From positions 14,128,861-14,192,860 of the forward strand of contig OZ316892.1 in the NCBI GenBank assembly GCA_973895155.1: 64,000 nucleotides of DNA, given 5' to 3'. The stretch's first letter is position 1, and the number at the start of each line of letters is the position of its first letter. Made by a program: the position numbers and the translations under genes. Positions 10,501 through 22,563 of this stretch are shown here, piece after piece. Under the pieces are notes generated by a model. The model saw nothing but the letters and a program-made list of their open reading frames with translations. It made no database searches and was not told where the DNA came from. Source of the stretch: Marsupella aquatica (Eukaryota > Plantae > Marchantiophyta).

Positions 10501-11826
10501 TCTGAATACCATAGACATTCTTCTCTATGTTGATCTTTAACGATATTCTTGATAGGCCTGGATTGGTTGCCATATACCCACTCACTTTGCCATAGTCCCC
10601 AACACAACAAGGATAGGTCATCAGTATTACCTTTGCCTTTACCGGACGATGATAGGCCAGAGGCACTGCTAGAGCCCCGTTGACTCTCCTTGACAGTTAG
10701 AAAGCCCTGAATGGTTTTTTGACGTTTATCCCTCTTATCAGCTTGACGTGGTCGTCCTACACAGCCTGAGAGAATAGGAATATTGCTACTCACTCTTTGG
10801 CTTTTAGAAACTATATTTAAATGATTGACTCCCACACAGTGAGCCTGGAGATTGGCCTCCAGATTCCGTTGTTTGGGTATCATTACCATATGTTCACAGC
10901 AGAAAATGCAGAACAATTTGAACTTGTGCAACTCCACTGGCTCTCTATTGATATCACCAACAATTTTAAAAGTTTTCTGTCCAGCAGATTGTGAATCGTT
11001 CACAGATTCCACTATTTGAACATGTTGTTCAAGAGTGGCTTTATCACTCAAGGCAGATGCTGCAGCTCGACGATTTATCTCTACAGAGTCCAATCTTTGA
11101 CCTCTGTTTTTGGCAACATTCCTGCTATGCTTGGGTGTGATCAAATGCTTGTTCTTGAAGTTAGTGAAAGCATTAGTAATGCTGGCTCTATCCATGCTAC
11201 CTGACTTTGGCACCTTCCACACGAACATCACATTCACAGCATTCTATCTTCCCACATGCCACATTCTCAATGTCCCATGTGTTCACCTTCCATTGATGAT
11301 CCTCACATTGAATGAGTTTCATGTGATCCCTCAATTTCTCCACTTGTGTTTGCCAAACCTTGGCAAGATCTTTTGTTATACATAAAGATTTGAAACTTGC
11401 TTGAGGATCGGTCTCTACCTCTGGGGTTTCAATGTCCACAATAGGTGGACTATCTATTATTGGCTGGTCTAGTGGTGGACCTGCCATGACAAGGTCATCC
11501 ACCGACAAGCTGAAAGTGGGTGAGAGACCATTGGAAGCTTTACTGCCTAAGAGAGGTTGATCTCCACCTCCATCCTCAAAATCATATTTGGGAATGACAA
11601 TGATTTTCTTCCCACATTCATCTATGATATGGGCTTTTTTCCATTCCACCTCCATTCGACTATTGAGATTCACATCGTAAAATTGAAACTCAAACTTAAA
11701 AAGACACAGAGTCTCTAGCTTCAATCTGGCATAGGCAAATGTGTCATCAATCTTGTAACTAATGGATCCTACAGGTTTAGGATCCACAGACACACTGTCC
11801 AATCGAAAAACAGTTGCTGAGGGCAT
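7574..11826 (-). pseudogene. P-element/THAP9-like DDE transposase, frameshifted and 3'-truncated
   Basis: Four consecutive ORFs (11197-11826, 9996-11237, 9280-10023, 7568-9181) join through frameshifts and one stop. Motifs in order: LAEDET (D1), HASDGDSRRR (D2), HDQD[F]IHNGKKL (DxxH, frameshifted at ~9213), GSDSCEQFFSKVGG (E). N-terminal CxxC...HxxxxxH zinc fingers are present. There is a splice acceptor at ~11837. Confidence 0.7.
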
Positions 11827-13323
11827 TGAGTCAAGCCTGCAAAACTTTCACAAAAAAAACAATCAACATCATCCTGAAATTATTTCACGGGATAGGCTTC
11901 CCATTGAAAGAGAATGTTTTCTATAGACACAGACCTAAAGAGACCCCAATGATTTGACGACCATATTCACAGGACCAATCCCAAGAGAGCCTTGCCCCAT
12001 CCCGGCCATTTCTCTTGGTGATTGGCTGGACAGATCCATGCAGCTTTCTCCGACTATAGTCGGGTGGGAAGGGACATACCCTTTGCTGGCAAGGACTCCT
12101 GCTTCAATGTCAGCACAAGAAGGTATGGGATCTGCACATGTCCAATTGTGCTAGACATGTGCAGTCGGGGCCAGGCCCTCCACTCCAATCCCTCTCCTCC
12201 AACATGGTGTGCCCTATACAATTCATTCATTGACTCACTCAAAAAGTTCTAACTTGGACCATACACCTTGGACCACCCAAATTCTATGACCGGCTCTAAC
12301 TCTCATTGCCATTGGTGATCAAATCCAAGGCCCCCCCCCTCCCAGGCAACCTGCCTCTCCTTCAAGGAGCGCTAGACAACTGGTGATAAAATCCAGTAGT
12401 CTCCACCAGGGGCATTACTTCCCTGGGGTCTCACTTGAATTCAAGAACCCTGCAAACCCACACTTGCAATAGCGGAAAGACAAAACTGAAAGGAAAACAT
12501 AAAGAACATATCTGTGTACTCTTACCATAATTTGCAAATGCCAACACACCCTGTCGTTAAAGCCAATACTCAAGTCCAAAATGCAAGGAAGAAAAATGAG
12601 GTAACACAAAACTGGAGATTAATGGGTGACCACTAACCTCTCTGGCCCTGCTCCAAGTACTTTGTTGAACACCCAACCAAATTTTACTGCATAGCAACTG
12701 CTGACCACATGCACAACATCAGAGAACAAAAACTAAAAAATCATGTCGAGAGTAGTGCTCGGGACTGATTTCACACAGACAGGCACAAAATCATCCAGGA
12801 CAGCAAGCCACATACCGACTCCTGCGGGCCTAATGTTCGTTGGCGAAGGTGTTGTTATGTTGGAGTCTTTGAAGCTCACCGTAACTGGTTAACCACAGTA
12901 GCACCGTTGAGGATCGGATGAGCTCTAGAGTCCTATGGCTTTATAGTTGCCTGACCATATTTTCTTGCGTTCCATGCACTGGCCGTCGTAAAGTATAATT
13001 ACCTGCACATAATTGGTTCCAGTTTCGGGAAATAGGTTAGACATAGTTATTTCTGCTACCGAAAGTAGCCGATCATCCTCCAAACATTTCAATACTTGTA
13101 AAGGGCATCAGTCTCAAGTAACTCTCGAGTTTAGACGCAATGAGCAAGAAAGCAGTAACACATAGGACTTTAATCGTAGTTGATACTTCATTTAGACGCA
13201 ATGAGCAAGAAAGCATGCAACGTTGGGAAGGCAATTTAGGACTGGTGCTTAATTTCGCTCTTTTCCATATGTATTTGCTGCAAAAAAGCCGATCCGTGTG
13301 GAACATCAATGATCGTTCTCTAG

Positions 13324-13477
13324 TCTGAATGAAAAAGAAATGGTTTGGATGCTGCCGCCAGACAAAGCTCCAGAGGACACGGCATAAACAAGTCTTGTGA
13401 TCTGAATGAAAAAGAAATGGTTTGGATGCTGCCGCTAGACAAAGCTCCAAAGGACACGGCATAAACAAGTCTTGTGA
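13324..13477. repeat. Tandem duplication, 2 x 77 bp
   Basis: tctgaatgaaaaagaaatggtttggatgctgccgc...cataaacaagtcttgtga occurs twice with two mismatches. Confidence 0.9.
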
Positions 13478-13589
13478 ACTACATTAGGCACGACAATACC
13501 ATCCTTGATCTATTAGTCATGTACAAAAGAATCTCAAGGGGGCAGAGTCAATGTGAGTGGTCCCCTACCAAAGAAAGCCTGATAAAGAA

Positions 13590-14450
13590 AATAGCTAAAA
13601 CGAAAATATATACCAAGACTCAAACAACAGAGGCACGGCAACAAGAATTGAAGGTAAGGCAGTGCTCAGATCCTGACGGCGATTCCTGATCAATTAAGCT
13701 TTATTTGAATCATTTGAAACGCGACTCAAGATTCAGTATCATTTTCTAATCTAGGAACGATTTATCTATATCTGCAGATGGATGCTACGACTAAAGTTTT
13801 TGAAAACAAAAGGGAGGCAAAAATGGCAGAGGCAAATGCAAACTTGGCAATGAAGAAATCCCAATGGTTGCAACAATCTAAGATTGCGGAAATTGAATCC
13901 AGCCGGACAACAGCTATTCGAGATGCGGAGCTGCTGCAGGCGCTGGAGTGGAAGAAGGCTCGTAGCAGAGATAGAGAGGCTTCGGGGAAATGCGTTGGCG
14001 AAGGCAACAGTCGACTACGAGGTGAAGGTGCAGGCCACCAACGCTGATGTCTAAAAATTACAGAAGGACGCAGACGCTGATCTCTATAATCGTCAGAAGC
14101 GAGCTGAAGGTCTCCTCAAAGAAGCCGATGCCTATCTCTATCGCCAACAAAAGGAGGCCGAGGCCTTCCTCTACAATAAACAAAAGGAAGCTGAAGGTAT
14201 CGTCTCGCACAATTAAACTCTTTCAGACATTTTTCTTGCATGTATGACTCAGAGACCTGTCCTTCTAAAGACCTTGTCGAGGTAATCTTTCTCTAGAATG
14301 GTGTTGTGCTATCGTATCAATGAACGACGTAATGTGCTCACGTTGGGTTTGTAATGCCTTGAATTGTCTTGTGTGCGCAGGAATTCGTCTCATGGCTGAG
14401 GCTCAAGGCGCCTATGTCGAATCTATGCTTACGGCCTTTAAAGGCAATAA
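13590..14450 (+). pseudogene. Flotillin-like (SPFH) gene fragment, coiled-coil region
   Basis: Three exons with GT-AG introns give IAKTKIYTKTQTTEARQQELK|MDATTKVFENKREAKMAEANANLA...AKATVDYEVKVQ...LYRQQKEAEAFLYNKQKEAEG|IRLMAEAQGAYVESML. This matches the plant flotillin pattern. There is a frameshift at ~13961 and an in-frame TAA at ~14052, and no N-terminal SPFH exons were seen. Confidence 0.8.
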
Positions 14451-16473
14451 CGTGCCAATTCCGGTTGGGCTTCAACACCAGAAAACTCCCGGGGCAAAAC
14501 ACTTTTCTAGAAACTGTCAACAACTCCCCATGAAAGATCCAATCAATTTTTCATTCATTAAAGAATTGAGACTTCGATCACCTATGGCTCAAAGAAACCT
14601 GGTCATTTTTATTCGAAAGAACTCAACTTCTGGGTTTGGCATGGCACTGGAATCTCTTGTCTCAATTAATGCTTCGCTTCCATTTGTGCCGGCAGCCCAA
14701 GTCTGCCAAGCTGCTGTTATTAGAAAATTTGAGCATCAGTAGGTTCTTGACAGTAGCGACGAAACTCAAAAAACAATGTGCACTTTGCAGGGGCTACGTA
14801 CGGTAGTCAAAAGTGAACTGGAACAAGATCATCTACGATTGAAATAGGCAGAGAAAGGCGAGGAGTCGACGAAACCTCAGAAACGGCTAAGGCTGGGCGC
14901 GCACAAAGAAGAGTTTCTGCGAGGGAATGCAGTACAAGAAGAACGACGCTCAATAGAGAATGCTTCCAAGAAAGCTGAAGAATTGTAGGAGGAGCTGAGA
15001 AAGGTTCACAGGTGGCATTACCTCAGCAATGTGGAAACGCTTGTTCACAAAAGGTGCCAATTTCTCCTCCAACTCGCCTTGCACCTCACAATCATTACCT
15101 GTTTGACCATGGAAAATCTCAAGGGGCTTTACGATCAGTATTAACACATCCGAGAAGCTGTCATGCCAGATCCGTGCTCATCTTGAAGGTCATTCCCATC
15201 CGGTAGCTCCGAAGTCAATGGCCATACACTTCCCTTCTAGATACACGACAAGCCAACATGTCAGCAACCCAAATCATGTCCTTCACATTATATATTTGCA
15301 AACACATGGAGCCGAGCTTATCACATCAATCAAAATGGAAATCTACGGATGGCTTCCAGATCGATCCACCAATTGAAATCATAATGGCGCCCTGTCAGAC
15401 TCAGAACCTCAAGCCGGAGCGTCGCCCTTCTCAGTGACTGTCTACCATTCACTGCATTGATTCGAGTCCCGGACCTTGCAGGTTTTATGAAAGATATTTG
15501 AGCGAACACCGGAGACGACAATCTGCATGAACATCTGTGCACACAACCACGAACTCCATTGATTGGTGTCACAGTCGCCACAATTGAGTCAAGCTCTTTG
15601 TCTAATGCGTTTTATATAAATGGCGGCATCATAATCCTGGTAGAAGTTTGGACGAGTACATAAAATCAAGATAGAACATAGACCCCTCAGACTACAATCC
15701 AGGCATGAAAATCAATCACCAAAATTTAGAATACTAACAATTCCTACTCGCATTTTGAGAGCAGCCAACGCAAATCATCAGGCACAAGAGCAGTTGATCA
15801 AGAAGGATGAAAAATAATCAATGCAAGAAAGATCCAAGACAGCTCCAAGAAAAGATCCAAGACAGAACAATCTACCAAAGGAAGTCTCTTGTGAATCCAC
15901 TATTGACGATAGAGCCTGACAAAGAAAATTATTGACAGTCACATAGAGCAGTAAATACGAGGACCATCCCCTACCTTCCTAAGCAGCGCGATCTTCCTTC
16001 CTTCCAAGAACGCTCTTCTTTGTCCCTTCAAAGTGGTGCCAGCATCAGTCTTCCAAGAAGGCGCCAGCTCCCCAACATCATGTTCAAACACTCCCCAGCA
16101 TTACTTCAAACACTCCCTCAATCTAGAGCGCTCAATACCCATAAAAGAAATCTCAGCCATCTAATAAATTCTCCAAAAGTGTGCTTATTATAGGCACGTA
16201 TTTGGGCACATATTAAACCATGTCCACTCTGCAATGTCTAGACACGTGTACCAATCCGGTGGTGATGTGTGGCAAGCCCATATTACATACCCTTGAAAAA
16301 TGCGACTTGAGATATTTTTTTAATAACCCCTACATTGATTATAATCAAAAGCACTATTAAATAGGGGCTTCTTAGGTTATAACAATTATAACAATTAGTT
16401 GAAAATGGGATTAAAAAACCCCTTGAGCTGTTCGCACGAGGGTCCCTAAATTAGTTAAGCTAAGGGCCCAGGG

Positions 16474-16556
16474 GCTAAGTCCTAACCCAAGTTAGACTAA
16501 CTGTGGTTAGCTCATGAGTCACAAGACTAGAGCAATATCTAACAAACTCCCCCTTG
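16474..16556 (-). repeat. Polypurine tract plus the first ~71 bp of the 3' LTR
   Basis: The minus strand reads CAAGGGGGAGTT followed by TGTTAGATATTGCTCTAG. Identity to the 5' LTR stops abruptly at ~16474. Confidence 0.9.
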
Positions 16557-19500
16557 ACTCTTGTCTTGGGGACTGGACTAAATGCTATCATATGGAATCC
16601 TCAGCGGGAAGTTCTAGACAATCACCAAACCAGGTCTCCCCCTAAAAACCAGAAGGGTTAACTAAGGGTTAACTAGAACTAAGCCGTAGCCTAACATGAA
16701 TGAGTAATCCATATACAAATAGTCACACATTGCTAAATAACTCTACTTGCACTACAACTGCAAAACCTGCAAAGTAGCACGGTGTCTTGAGAAACTCTCC
16801 AAAGGAATCACTTTGGTAAAGGCATTAGTGGGATTGAGCTTTCCATCAATCTTGACTAGCTCAAAAGTTTTATCAGACACTGCTTGCCTGATAAAATGGT
16901 ACATGATATCAATGTGCTTCACCCTGCTATCCATCACCTGGTTAGCAGCCAAGTGAAGAGCACTCTGACTATCACAGTTCAGAGTCATTTTGCCATGCTC
17001 TAAACCCATCTCCGCGATCAACTTGTCCAACCAAATTGCTTCCTTTGCTGCTTCCGCTACTGCAACATACTCTGCTTCTGTAGTAGACTAAGATATGCAC
17101 TTCTGCAAGGTAGATTTCCAACTGATACATCCTCCTCCAAGAGTGTATACAAACCCAGTTGTAGACCTCCTTGTATCCAGATAGCCTCCATAGTCAGAAT
17201 CTACATAGCCAACTAACGTTCTATCTGATCTGTTATCAAATAGTAATCCATAGTCCTGTGTTCCCTTCAGATACCTGAGAATCGACTTCACAGCTTCCCA
17301 GTGTACCTTCCCTGGATTTGACATGAATCTGCTAACCTTGCCTATCGCTAGGGCCAAGTCAGGCCTAGTACAAGTCATCAAATACATCAGACTGCCTACT
17401 GCCTTCTCATAAGGAATCTTAGCCATCAGACCTTTCTCCACAGCATCCGTAAGAGAGAAAGCCGATGATAACTTGAAATGTGAAGCTAAAGGAATACTCA
17501 CTGGCTTACAGTTCTCCATGTTGAATTGTGCAAGTACTTTCCTTGCATACTGGCCTTGACTCAAGCACAACTGTCCAATCTTAGAGTTCCTAAAAATCTC
17601 CATCCCTAAGATCCTTCATCCTGAATTCAGTACTCAATTTTGCCTTGAGACTGTCAACCTCAGATTGATCTTTAGCCACAATCAGCATGTCATCCACATA
17701 GATCACCAGAATGATGAAACCAAATACATCATTCTTGACTGATTTTGTATACACACAAGGATCATACACCATCGTTGTAAAACCTTGAGCAAGCATGAAA
17801 TCATCAAACCGCTTGTTCCACTATCTGGGAGACTGCTTCAATCCATACAAGGACTTGAGCAATCTGCAAACTAAGTTCTCTTGGCCCTTCTTCATAAAGC
17901 CTAGTGGCTGTCTCATGAAGATCATCTCTTCCAAGTTGCCATAGAGAAATGCAGTAACAACATCCATCTGATCCATCACCAGACCAAAAAACACAACAAG
18001 ATGACACAAGATCCGAATTGTGGAATACTTAGCCACCGGTAAAAAGACCTCATTATAATCCACTCCTTTCTCCTGAGTGAATCCCTTGGCAACAAGCCTT
18101 GCCTTGTAGATCTTGTCTCCACCCTCTGAAGGACTATCCTTCAACTTGTAAATCCACTTGCTGTCCACCACTTGCTCACCTCTTGGAAGCTCCACCAGCT
18201 CCCATGTCTTGTTGTCACTCAAAGATTGCAACTCCCTCTGCATTGCTGCATTCCACTCATGCTTCTGCTCTAAAGCGCAAGCCTCACTATACGAAGAAGG
18301 CTCTCCTTCTTCCAAGATCAAAGCCATATCATCTTCATCAAGTGCAATGTCAATATCATCTAGCTTAGATGAGTCTGCCCATTGACCATACCTGGTTGAA
18401 GCTCTAGTAGAACGACTGGAAGTTCTTCTAGTAGATGACTCAGGCTGATCTGTAGCTGCTACAGGTTGAATTTGAGGTACCCCAGCAATAATTTGCTCCT
18501 CTTTTTCCATCACAAGAACCAGCTCCAAGCGCGGAGCTTCTCCATCTCTCCTGTCATGAACATCATCATGACTAATCTCCCCCTCAACCCCATCCGGGAT
18601 GAGAGATTTCCCCTTGTCAGTATGGGAGTCCTGAGAACTCTCCCCCTCCTTTGATGATCTGGATTCATTAAAGGACACATCTCTACTGACAATTAGCTTA
18701 CAGGTTACTGGATCCCATAACCTATAACCCTTCACACCTTTCTGATAACCAAGGAAAATGCACTTCTTTGACTTGGACTCCAGCTTGGATCGAAGCTGGG
18801 AAGGTGTAAGCACATAAGCATCACATCCAAAAATCCTCAGATGTGAGTAATCTGCTGGACGCCCGTACCTCATTTCAAATGGCGTCTTGAATCCAATAGA
18901 ACTGGATGGAGAAAAATTTACCAAATAAGCTGTAGTGTTGACAGCTTCAACCCAAAACTCATGTGGTAAGCATGATTGACTCAACATACTCCTCGAGCGG
19001 TCCAATAGTGTTCGGTTGAGTCTCTCAGAAACACCATTCTGTTGTGAGATGGCGGGTAATCCCCTACTCCTTACAATACATTCCAAATTCTCCGGAACTG
19101 TATTCACCGTCGTTATCTGATCGAAGATATCTCACCTTATTACCAGTCTGATTCTTAACTTGGGCTTTTCACTCCTTAAAAGTGGCAAAAACATCAGACT
19201 TATTGTGTATAAAGTATATCCACACATACCTTGAGTAATCGTCTATGAACGTGACATAGTATAACCGTCCAGAATGTGAGGGAGTAGGGGCTGGACCCCA
19301 CACATCACTATGTACATACTCAAGTACCTCCTTGTTGGTATGAGTTCCAACTTTGAAGGGTTTTCTGTGCTGCTTCCCTAGCACACAGTGCTCACAAAAT
19401 TCCAACTTACAAGATTGCAAATTAGAAAGTAATCCTTTCTTCTGAAGAATAACCAAACCTTTTTCACTCATGTGGCCCAAACAGAAGTGCCACAGCCGGA

Positions 19501-21745
19501 CCGTCTCCTCATGAGATAAGGTTACATTGGCTTCATCACAGACTACACTGCCCTCCAAAACGTATAGATTGCAATGTCTCTTTCCCTTCAATACAACTTT
19601 AGTACCAGTTGAAACCTGAAGGACATCATTAGCAGAACTCCACTAATGGCCATTTGCTTCTAAAACTCCAAGTGAAATGAGATTTTTCATCATATTGGGA
19701 ATATGTCTTACATTCCTCAACATTCTCACAGCACCATCAAACATCTAAAATCTTACAGATCCAAGTCCAACAACTTGACATGGGATTCCATTGCCCATCA
19801 ACACTGACCCGTTAGAAACCGTATAAGAACTGAAACAATCTCTCCTAAAGCAAATGTGAAAAATACATGCACTATCTAGAATCCAGTCATCACTACCTGG
19901 ATTTGACACTACGTTGAGAGCATAACCTTGACATCACAATATGTCATCATCATCGAGTAAATCTACCTCATGCGAGCTTGATGCCGCGTTAGCAGAGGCA
20001 GTAGGGACCTTTACTCGACAATCCCTTTTCATGTGGCCTGGCTTGCCACAATTCCAACATGCAAGAGGCTTCCTCTCTTGCGATTTCCCTCTAGATTTAG
20101 ATCTCCCCCGTGATGTAGATCTAAACCTGTTCTGACCATTCGTGCGTTGCACTGCTCTTCCCCTGTTCACATTGAGCATAGTGCCAGAAGAAGATGTTGT
20201 CTGTGATTGACCCAGCTTCTTCTGAGCATCATCAGACAGTAATGAGCTCACCACCTCATTATACGAAATGGACTTCAGATCTCTATACAAGAGCACTTGT
20301 TTCAAGCCCTGATATGACGGCGATAAGGAGCTTAGCAGAAGTAAGGCCTTATCCTCATCTTCAACTCCTTTTCCTAAGTTTGATAGATCAACCGCTAGAC
20401 TGTCAAACTCATCCAGGTGATCCTGCATCTTGCTCCCTTCCTTGAGCCTGAGGCTCATCAAGAGAGACTTCTTGTGCAGCCGGTCTGACGCATCTTCCCG
20501 GTAGTACTTCTCTCTTAGAGCCTTGAACAGTGACGCGCAATCCGCATAATCATCCAGTTGCTTGATGATGTGCGGCTTGAGATATAGCATCACTGCATTG
20601 ACAGCAATCACCTGCTCCTGTCTCCACTGCCTCACTGAAATCTCCTCCTCTCCATCATACTGCTCTCACGATGAAAGCAGATGAGCTAAGCCCATGGCCC
20701 GTAGAACACCCTTCACTTACTTCTCCCAGAGCAAGTAATCAGTACGACCATCGTACTTCTCCACCTCAAACTTCACTCCTCCAAATCTAGCCATCTCTCT
20801 CTTCTTCCCTACTACCGATAGCTCTGGTAGTAACACGGCTTCCTTCACTGCACGCCGTACCGGTGATCGTACCGGTGTTACAAGTTCCTCCTCAAACGGT
20901 AGCAGCTCCTCCTCAGACTCTCCGTGTGACTGTCGCGATCCTGAAGCTCCACCGATGCCAATTCTTCTAGTATCCTCCGAGTCACTCATATGAAACAATC
21001 ATGAAAAAATGTCTTTTTTCGAAACTTCTCACAAAACTCAAAACTCAACACCACCGCGTAGCCCACGAAGCTAGGAGTCCAATACTTGTTGCCGCCAATT
21101 CTCACGAGTAAAGTGAACGATGCCGATGGGAAATGTTTCCGAATTGCACCGGCACAGTCTACAGCTCCAGCTGAGTAAACAATTTCTACCGCGTCGTCTT
21201 CACTCCGCGTCAAGTGCCAATCCCGGGCTCAAAATGACTGCCTCGCCGTGATCAAACCGTTGATCCGTAGCACTTCGCGTTTCTTCCACCAAGTCGGACG
21301 TCATGAAGAGAAACCCGGTTCAGATGAGAACAAGCTTCATAGCTTGTGAAAAAACCTGAACACCTCCTTCACTCATCACGTCGCACTCGGTAACAACTTG
21401 GCAACAATCCAGCTACCGAAATGACCAGCTCGCTTCAACCTTCAACTTGAGCTATAATGTGCGACACCTCCCGCACCGCATAGCTCACACCGTTGAAAAA
21501 TGCGAACTCTGGTCTCTCCCTCGAAATATAGTCGAACAAGAATAAAACCTGAATGATGCAAACTCCGATTCCTCTACACCACGGATACCGATCAGCGAGT
21601 TCTAACCACCGTTAGAAAGCCCTCTCACTAACCTATCCGCTCAGCCACACACATTCAAGTTTCATGCGACAAAACTCCGAATGTGTCACCGACATTGAAC
21701 ACTGGAAAAACCTATCACAAAAAAACCTCATCACCTCCCAAGCAT

Positions 21746-21757
21746 GCTCTGATACCA
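21746..21757 (-). promoter_or_regulatory. Primer binding site (initiator tRNA-Met)
   Basis: TGGTATCAGAGC on the minus strand directly after the LTR. Confidence 0.93.
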
Positions 21758-21759
21758 CT

Positions 21760-22104
21760 TGTTGAGCATAGACCACATTCGTAATGGCAAGCCCATGAAC
21801 CATCCAACGCACAATAGTCGACACAGAGAGATACGTGGGTTCACCTCCACATGAGGCTACGTCCACGGGAACACATAAGAGCTTTACTGCACTCTAGGCC
21901 GACCGGACATACCAAGCATCCATAGCACAAGCTCTCTCTATCTCTCAACTAGCTCCGTAACAATGAGCCTAAGTTCCACCAGGGTCTGGCATCAGCCCTG
22001 GCTATATACACAACAGCACTACCACTAACATTAGCTAAGTCCTAACCCGAGTTAGACTAACTGTGGTTAGCTCATGAGTCACAAGACTAGAGCAATATCT
22101 AACA
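21760..22104 (-). repeat. 5' LTR (345 bp, TGTT...AACA)
   Basis: The LTR has TG...CA termini and is followed after 2 nt by the PBS. It matches the LTR at 54033-54376. Confidence 0.93.
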
Positions 22105-22563
22105 TTTAGTGCTCTAAGGCTTTGTAGTTATGTTTTCATCCATGCTTACTTATTGTCCCAAGTTTTGTTTGTTCTACTATACTATTTCATTTTCTTTGTT
22201 TGCATGTGCCTCCTTCTTTCTCCCAATTGCACTGCTAAATCCTTGGGATTTGTGAGGCAAACACCATCCTGGTTTCCGCATTTGGTTTTTTGAGGTTCTG
22301 ATTTTTAATATATATATATTTGTTTATTCCTAGTATTATCATTGTGTGGGTTCTTTGTGCTACTTGTTTTTTGTGTTAGTTTGGCTTGTGCCTCCTTCCC
22401 CTCCTTTGGGTTGGAACTCCTACTGGATGGCAGCATGAGGGGTTCAATTCCTCTTTGGAGTATTGTTAAATTATGAAAAGTATTTGCAATGTATCCACTA
22501 AGTTTTTTTTGCAATGAAATGCCATCCTACATGTTACTCTTATATCATAGGCAGGGCAAGTAA

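Larger units (their letters stand above)
16474..22104 (-). mobile_element. Ty1/copia LTR retrotransposon, decayed; 3' LTR truncated
   Basis: Domain order: gag (FEVEKYDG; zinc knuckle CWNCGKPGHMKRDC), protease (WILDSA), integrase (LWHFCLGHMS...CEHC; VHSDVWGP), RT (KARLVAKGF, QMDVVTAFL, IYVDDML), RNase H (YVDSDYGG, CDSQSA, KHID). It carries several stops and frameshifts. Confidence 0.97.

Noticed and set aside
14950-15581. Short minus-strand ORFs resembling a transit peptide
   Set aside because: No recognisable mature domain and the frames are broken.
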